Source of the DNA: Bacteroidia bacterium
GTDB lineage: Bacteria; Bacteroidota; Bacteroidia; NS11-12g; UBA9320
Direction: 5' to 3'
Length of the DNA stretch: 64,000 bases
NCBI GenBank assembly: GCA_028247315.1
Contig: JAOKFZ010000006.1
Coordinates: forward strand, 1,403-65,402
Below the pieces are notes generated by a model. It saw nothing but the letters and a program-made list of their open reading frames with translations, searched no databases and was not told the DNA's origin. Positions within the stretch are counted from its first letter, which is position 1. Each line of letters starts with the position of its first letter. This document shows, piece by piece, positions 60,159-64,000 of the stretch. The position numbers were made by a program, and so were the translations under genes.

Positions 60159-61469
60159 ATGACAACACAATCAATGAGTAACTACAAAGTAAAAGACATT
60201 TCGCTAGCAGACTGGGGAAGAAAAGAGATCAACATTGCAGAGGCAGAAATGCCTGGACTAATGTCCTTAAGAGAAGAATTTGGCGATAGCAAACCACTTG
60301 CGGGTGCTCGTATTGCAGGATGTCTTCACATGACTATTCAAACTGCTGTGCTTATAGAAACGTTACAAGCCTTAGGAGCTGAAGTGACTTGGAGTAGCTG
60401 TAACATATTTTCTACGCAAGATCAAGCTGCTGCTGCTATTGCTGCTGCAGGAACATCTGTATATGCTTGGAAAGGAATGAACGAAGAAGAGTTTGACTGG
60501 TGTATAGAGCAAACGCTTAAAGGTTTCGAAGGTGGTAAAGCACTTAATATGATTTTAGACGATGGAGGTGATTTGACTAATATGGTGTTAGACAGATATC
60601 CTGAATTAGTTGGAGACATTAAAGGAATCTCTGAGGAGACAACTACAGGTGTGCTAAGACTATATGATAGAATGAAAGCGGGTACATTACCCCTTCCTGC
60701 TATCAACATCAATGATTCTGTTACTAAATCTAAATTTGATAACAAATATGGATGTAAGGAATCTGCAGTAGATGCAATAAGAAGAGCTACAGACGTAATG
60801 ATTGCTGGTAAAGTAGCGGTAGTAGCAGGATACGGAGATGTAGGAAAAGGTACTGCTGCATCACTTGCTGGAGCAGGTGCAAGAGTTATCGTTACCGAAA
60901 TAGATCCTATTTGTGCACTACAAGCTGCAATGGATGGTTTTGAAGTAAAGAAAATGGAAAATGCTATTCCTAGAGCTCAGATAGTAGTAACTGCTACGGG
61001 TAACAAGGATATTCTTACAGAGAAGCATTTTAGATTAATGACCGATAAAACAATCGTTTGTAACATTGGTCATTTTGACAATGAGATAGACGTTGCTTAC
61101 TTAAATAACAATCACGGTGATTCTAAATTTGAGGTAAAGCCGCAAGTAGATGTATACAATATCGACGGTAAAGAAATTATCCTTCTTGCAGAAGGTAGAT
61201 TAGTAAACCTTGGTTGTGCTACTGGTCACCCGTCATTTGTGATGAGTAACTCATTTACTAACCAAACACTTGCTCAACTAGAGCTGTGGGAAAATACAGA
61301 TAGCTACAAAAACGAAGTGTATGTACTACCTAAGCACTTAGATGAGAAAGTGGCGGCACTTCACCTTGCTAAAATAGGTGTAGAGTTAGAGGAGCTAAGC
61401 AAAGATCAAGCTGATTATATCGGTGTAGGTCTTAATGGTCCTTACAAAGGAGAAGCTTACAGATACTAG
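60159..61469 (+). CDS. ahcY: Adenosylhomocysteinase
   Basis: [45 protein letters not shown] and GHPSFVMS motifs. Promoter TAAATTTG at 60133-60140. Confidence 0.98.
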   Translation: MTTQSMSNYKVKDISLADWGRKEINIAEAEMPGLMSLREEFGDSKPLAGARIAGCLHMTIQTAVLIETLQALGAEVTWSSCNIFSTQDQAAAAIAAAGTSVYAWKGMNEEEFDWCIEQTLKGFEGGKALNMILDDGGDLTNMVLDRYPELVGDIKGISEETTTGVLRLYDRMKAGTLPLPAININDSVTKSKFDNKYGCKESAVDAIRRATDVMIAGKVAVVAGYGDVGKGTAASLAGAGARVIVTEIDPICALQAAMDGFEVKKMENAIPRAQIVVTATGNKDILTEKHFRLMTDKTIVCNIGHFDNEIDVAYLNNNHGDSKFEVKPQVDVYNIDGKEIILLAEGRLVNLGCATGHPSFVMSNSFTNQTLAQLELWENTDSYKNEVYVLPKHLDEKVAALHLAKIGVELEELSKDQADYIGVGLNGPYKGEAYRY

Positions 61470-61489
61470 TCTGTAATAAACCAATATTC

Positions 61490-61531
61490 AGAGAAGCCCA
61501 ACCACGAAAGTGGTTGGGCTTCTCTATTTTT
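61490..61531 (+). terminator. Terminator after ahcY (shared hairpin family, copy 2)
   Basis: Perfect 16-bp stem AGAGAAGCCCAACCAC-GAAA-GTGGTTGGGCTTCTCT plus T-rich tail. Confidence 0.85.
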
Positions 61532-61620
61532 GACTAAAAGTCAAAATAGTTTGTACATAGGATTAATTTTGATCAACTTTAAGGTAATCTGTTGGAAAGC
61601 TTTAACTAAAAATAAAAAGA

Positions 61621-62334
61621 CTACTTAATCCTACTCACTCCAGTACTCCCTTTGCAACTGTAAACAGCATCAGCAGTTTCAATGTCTTGCATAGTAAGTT
61701 GCTTCTCAGTAATAGCAAAGCCGTAGTTTCTGAGCAAAAAACGCTGTGTAGCTCCGTTTACTCCGCCACCCTTTAAGCTAGGGATAAACACATCTTCACC
61801 TTTTTGTATAAGGATATTGCTAATGAGCTCTTCGCAGATGTACCCATCTGTGTTTTGTATGAGTAGATAGTCAGCTTGACTCTCTTGCTTGTACTTGGCT
61901 GCAAGCACATAGTAAATGCTACTGAGACTCTTTACGGTCATCCACTGCACTATTGGTTTGGGTTCGGGATATAGGGCAATAGAGCCTGGTTTAGTTGGTG
62001 CTTTTTTTAGTTCTGCTTCTAAGTCTAAAGATGTGGGTAAGAAGAAGTCTTGTGAGTGCTCCTCAAACGAGTGGTCAAAAGAGACTTCATTGCTTTCGGG
62101 TAAGTACTTTCCTTGTCCATCCCGAAAAAAGTTGATGCGAAGGTTGCCGTTTTTGTTATAACTGCTTGTGGCACCATGTATGAAATCCTCATCAATATCA
62201 AAGCTGAGATACAGATCATAAATTGCAAGGGCATCTGCTATACGGTCTATATGCGTTTGTATCAGCGGAATTCTACCGTCTATTATGCGTATGGTTTCAA
62301 AAAACCCGTCTCCGTATAGAAATCCCCGGTTCAC
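61621..62334 (-). CDS. Aminotransferase class IV (PabC/IlvE-like), short and divergent
   Basis: NRGFLYGDGFFETIR, Schiff-base Lys candidate in TVKSLS, and E....N in EELISN. GTG start; the frame is closed upstream within nupC. Confidence 0.78.
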   Translation of the reverse strand: MNRGFLYGDGFFETIRIIDGRIPLIQTHIDRIADALAIYDLYLSFDIDEDFIHGATSSYNKNGNLRINFFRDGQGKYLPESNEVSFDHSFEEHSQDFFLPTSLDLEAELKKAPTKPGSIALYPEPKPIVQWMTVKSLSSIYYVLAAKYKQESQADYLLIQNTDGYICEELISNILIQKGEDVFIPSLKGGGVNGATQRFLLRNYGFAITEKQLTMQDIETADAVYSCKGSTGVSRIK

Positions 62335-62338
62335 AGAT

Positions 62339-63664
62339 TTATGCGAATAACATTCCTGCGATAGTGGCTGTCATAAGACAAGCAAGTGTGCCGCCAATAA
62401 GAGCTCTCATACCCAACTTAGCTAACGTGCCACGTTGATTTGGTGCCAGTGAACTGATACCTCCTATTTGTATACCAATGGATGCAAAGTTAGAAAATCC
62501 ACAAAGGGCATAAGTTAATATTACTACTGATCTATTCTGTAGCATTGGTCCACCTTCTGCTGCTATCATTCCTTTTAGAGATAGGTAAGCTATAAACTCA
62601 TTTATAACAGTCTTTTCGCCAAGCAGTTGACCACTCAGAATCATATCTTGTGCATCTATGCCAATGACCCACGCTAGTGGAGCGAATACATATCCCAGAA
62701 TCATCTGTAGATTTAACCCTTTGTATATTGTAGCTGCGGCAATTGTTTTGTTAAGTCCAGAATAATTTCCTATGATGTCAAATAAGAAGTAGTTGGTCAT
62801 AGCAATGAAGGCCAAGAAAACCAATATCATTCCACCTACATTCACTGCTAGTTTGATCCCATCCGTAGTTCCTGTTGAGATAGCTTCAAGTGGTCCACTA
62901 CCAATTTTAGATTTATCTATATCCAAATTTTCGTCCACCTGTTCTGTTTCAGGATACAGGATTTTTGCACAAACTATAGCTGCAGGGGCTGAGAGTATAG
63001 ATGCAGTTAGTAGGTGTTTGGCAAATTCTTGTTGTGCTGCAGGATCATCACCACCCAAGAAGCCTATAAATGCAGCAAATACACCGCCTGCTATAGTAGC
63101 CATTCCTCCAGTCATAAGGCACATGATCTCTGACTTTGTCATTTTATCTATGTATGGTTTTACGACCAAAGGTGCTTCTGTTTGTCCTACGAATATGTTT
63201 GCCGCTGCGGCAAGACTCTCTGCACCAGATAGACGCATTGTTTTGCTTAAGATCCATGCAAATCCAAAAACGATTTTTTGAAGAACGCCCAAATAGTACA
63301 ACAGAGAAGTAAGAGCAGAGAAGAAAACTACGGTAGGTAATACTTTGAAAGCAAATACATATCCGATAGTGTGTATCGCGTTTGTTTCACCAGCTGGTAC
63401 CATGATTTTTGCCATATCTGGCCAATTGCCAAAAATAAACTGAGCTCCAGCATCTGTAAAGTTAAGTAGCTGCGTGAAGAAACCTGCGACTACCCCAAAA
63501 CTAGAGGCAAAGGCTGGTACTTTAAATACCAGTAAACCAAGTATAAGTTGGATAGCCACACCCGAGCCCACAAGCTTCCAATTTACTTTTCTCTTATGTT
63601 TGCTAAATGCAAAAGCAATGATTACCAGCACGATTAATCCAAGTAAACCTCTAAGTATCTCCAT
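62339..63664 (-). CDS. nupC: Concentrative nucleoside transporter (NupC/CNT family)
   Basis: NIFVGQTEAPL, MTGGMATIAG, KTVINEFIAY and YALCGFSNFASIGIQIGG motifs. Confidence 0.92.
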   Translation of the reverse strand: MEILRGLLGLIVLVIIAFAFSKHKRKVNWKLVGSGVAIQLILGLLVFKVPAFASSFGVVAGFFTQLLNFTDAGAQFIFGNWPDMAKIMVPAGETNAIHTIGYVFAFKVLPTVVFFSALTSLLYYLGVLQKIVFGFAWILSKTMRLSGAESLAAAANIFVGQTEAPLVVKPYIDKMTKSEIMCLMTGGMATIAGGVFAAFIGFLGGDDPAAQQEFAKHLLTASILSAPAAIVCAKILYPETEQVDENLDIDKSKIGSGPLEAISTGTTDGIKLAVNVGGMILVFLAFIAMTNYFLFDIIGNYSGLNKTIAAATIYKGLNLQMILGYVFAPLAWVIGIDAQDMILSGQLLGEKTVINEFIAYLSLKGMIAAEGGPMLQNRSVVILTYALCGFSNFASIGIQIGGISSLAPNQRGTLAKLGMRALIGGTLACLMTATIAGMLFA

Positions 63665-64000
63665 CTAATTTATTTAAAGCGGTAAATATAAGATTATCTA
63701 ATAGGTAGGAGGGTACGTTTTGAATATGTGAATACGGTATGGAAAAGTCACGATGTAGTGAAAGAAATGTGATAGGTGTTTTACATGATGATACATCTGT
63801 ATTGTTATAGGTTTTTTAATAATTTAATATTCTATAAATCAGAAGTTTACGTTTTTGCATTGAGAATACGCTCCGTACCGATGGTCAATTATTTCTATTA
63901 ATAATATTCTTAAATGAGCTCAAATAATTATATCTGCTGTCGCCAGAAATTCTAATGATATTGAGTGACTGCGAAAAAACAAAAAGTAGTAATTAGGTAG

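Noticed and set aside
59404-63778. Exact 13-bp repeat AATGTGATAGGTG in two intergenic regions (59404-59416 and 63766-63778)
   Set aside because: About one such match is expected by chance in this much AT-rich non-coding DNA; it is not palindromic and the contexts differ.
1-64000. CRISPR arrays, transposases, integrases, prophage or defence islands
   Set aside because: I saw no regularly spaced repeats and no transposase, integrase or phage structural ORFs. The XRE-S24 and HsdR_N genes are isolated among core genes.
63665-64000. Gene or structured RNA in the terminal 336 bp
   Set aside because: Stops in the frames I checked and no recognisable RNA; probably the divergent promoter region of nupC and a gene beyond the window.

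Overview
This is a 64 kb chromosomal segment of a Bacteroidota bacterium, AT-rich and probably free-living/aquatic. The assignment rests on T9SS/gliding genes (porU, porV, porP-family, gldJ), Bacteroidota-type tig-clpP-clpX and mreBCD-mrdA-rodA clusters, and repeated TAnnTTTG (-7) promoter boxes with no Shine-Dalgarno pattern. Content is mostly core housekeeping: scoA/scoB, mdh, queA, plsY, clpS, panB, dnaK, rsmE, nhaD, holA, tRNA-Leu(TAG), dapF, degP, ahcY and nupC. I saw no CRISPR array, prophage, integrase or transposase. The ORF track misses the largest gene, a >1474-aa second C25 (PorU-like) peptidase on the minus strand that runs off the left edge. I cannot claim a proven new system. The best leads are: (1) a GT77-like nucleotide-diphospho-sugar transferase wedged between scoA and scoB, next to an FkbM-like methyltransferase; (2) two intact C25 sortase-like peptidases plus a glycosyltransferase-free wzx-wzz-ligase cluster that could supply a T9SS anchor glycan; (3) an ECF sigma/anti-sigma pair heading dapF-sanA, back-to-back with degP; (4) a LexA-like autocleaving repressor with a candidate operator; (5) a sigma54-like promoter with nested inverted repeats upstream of dnaK. 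All family calls come from motif recognition by eye; no database search was run.
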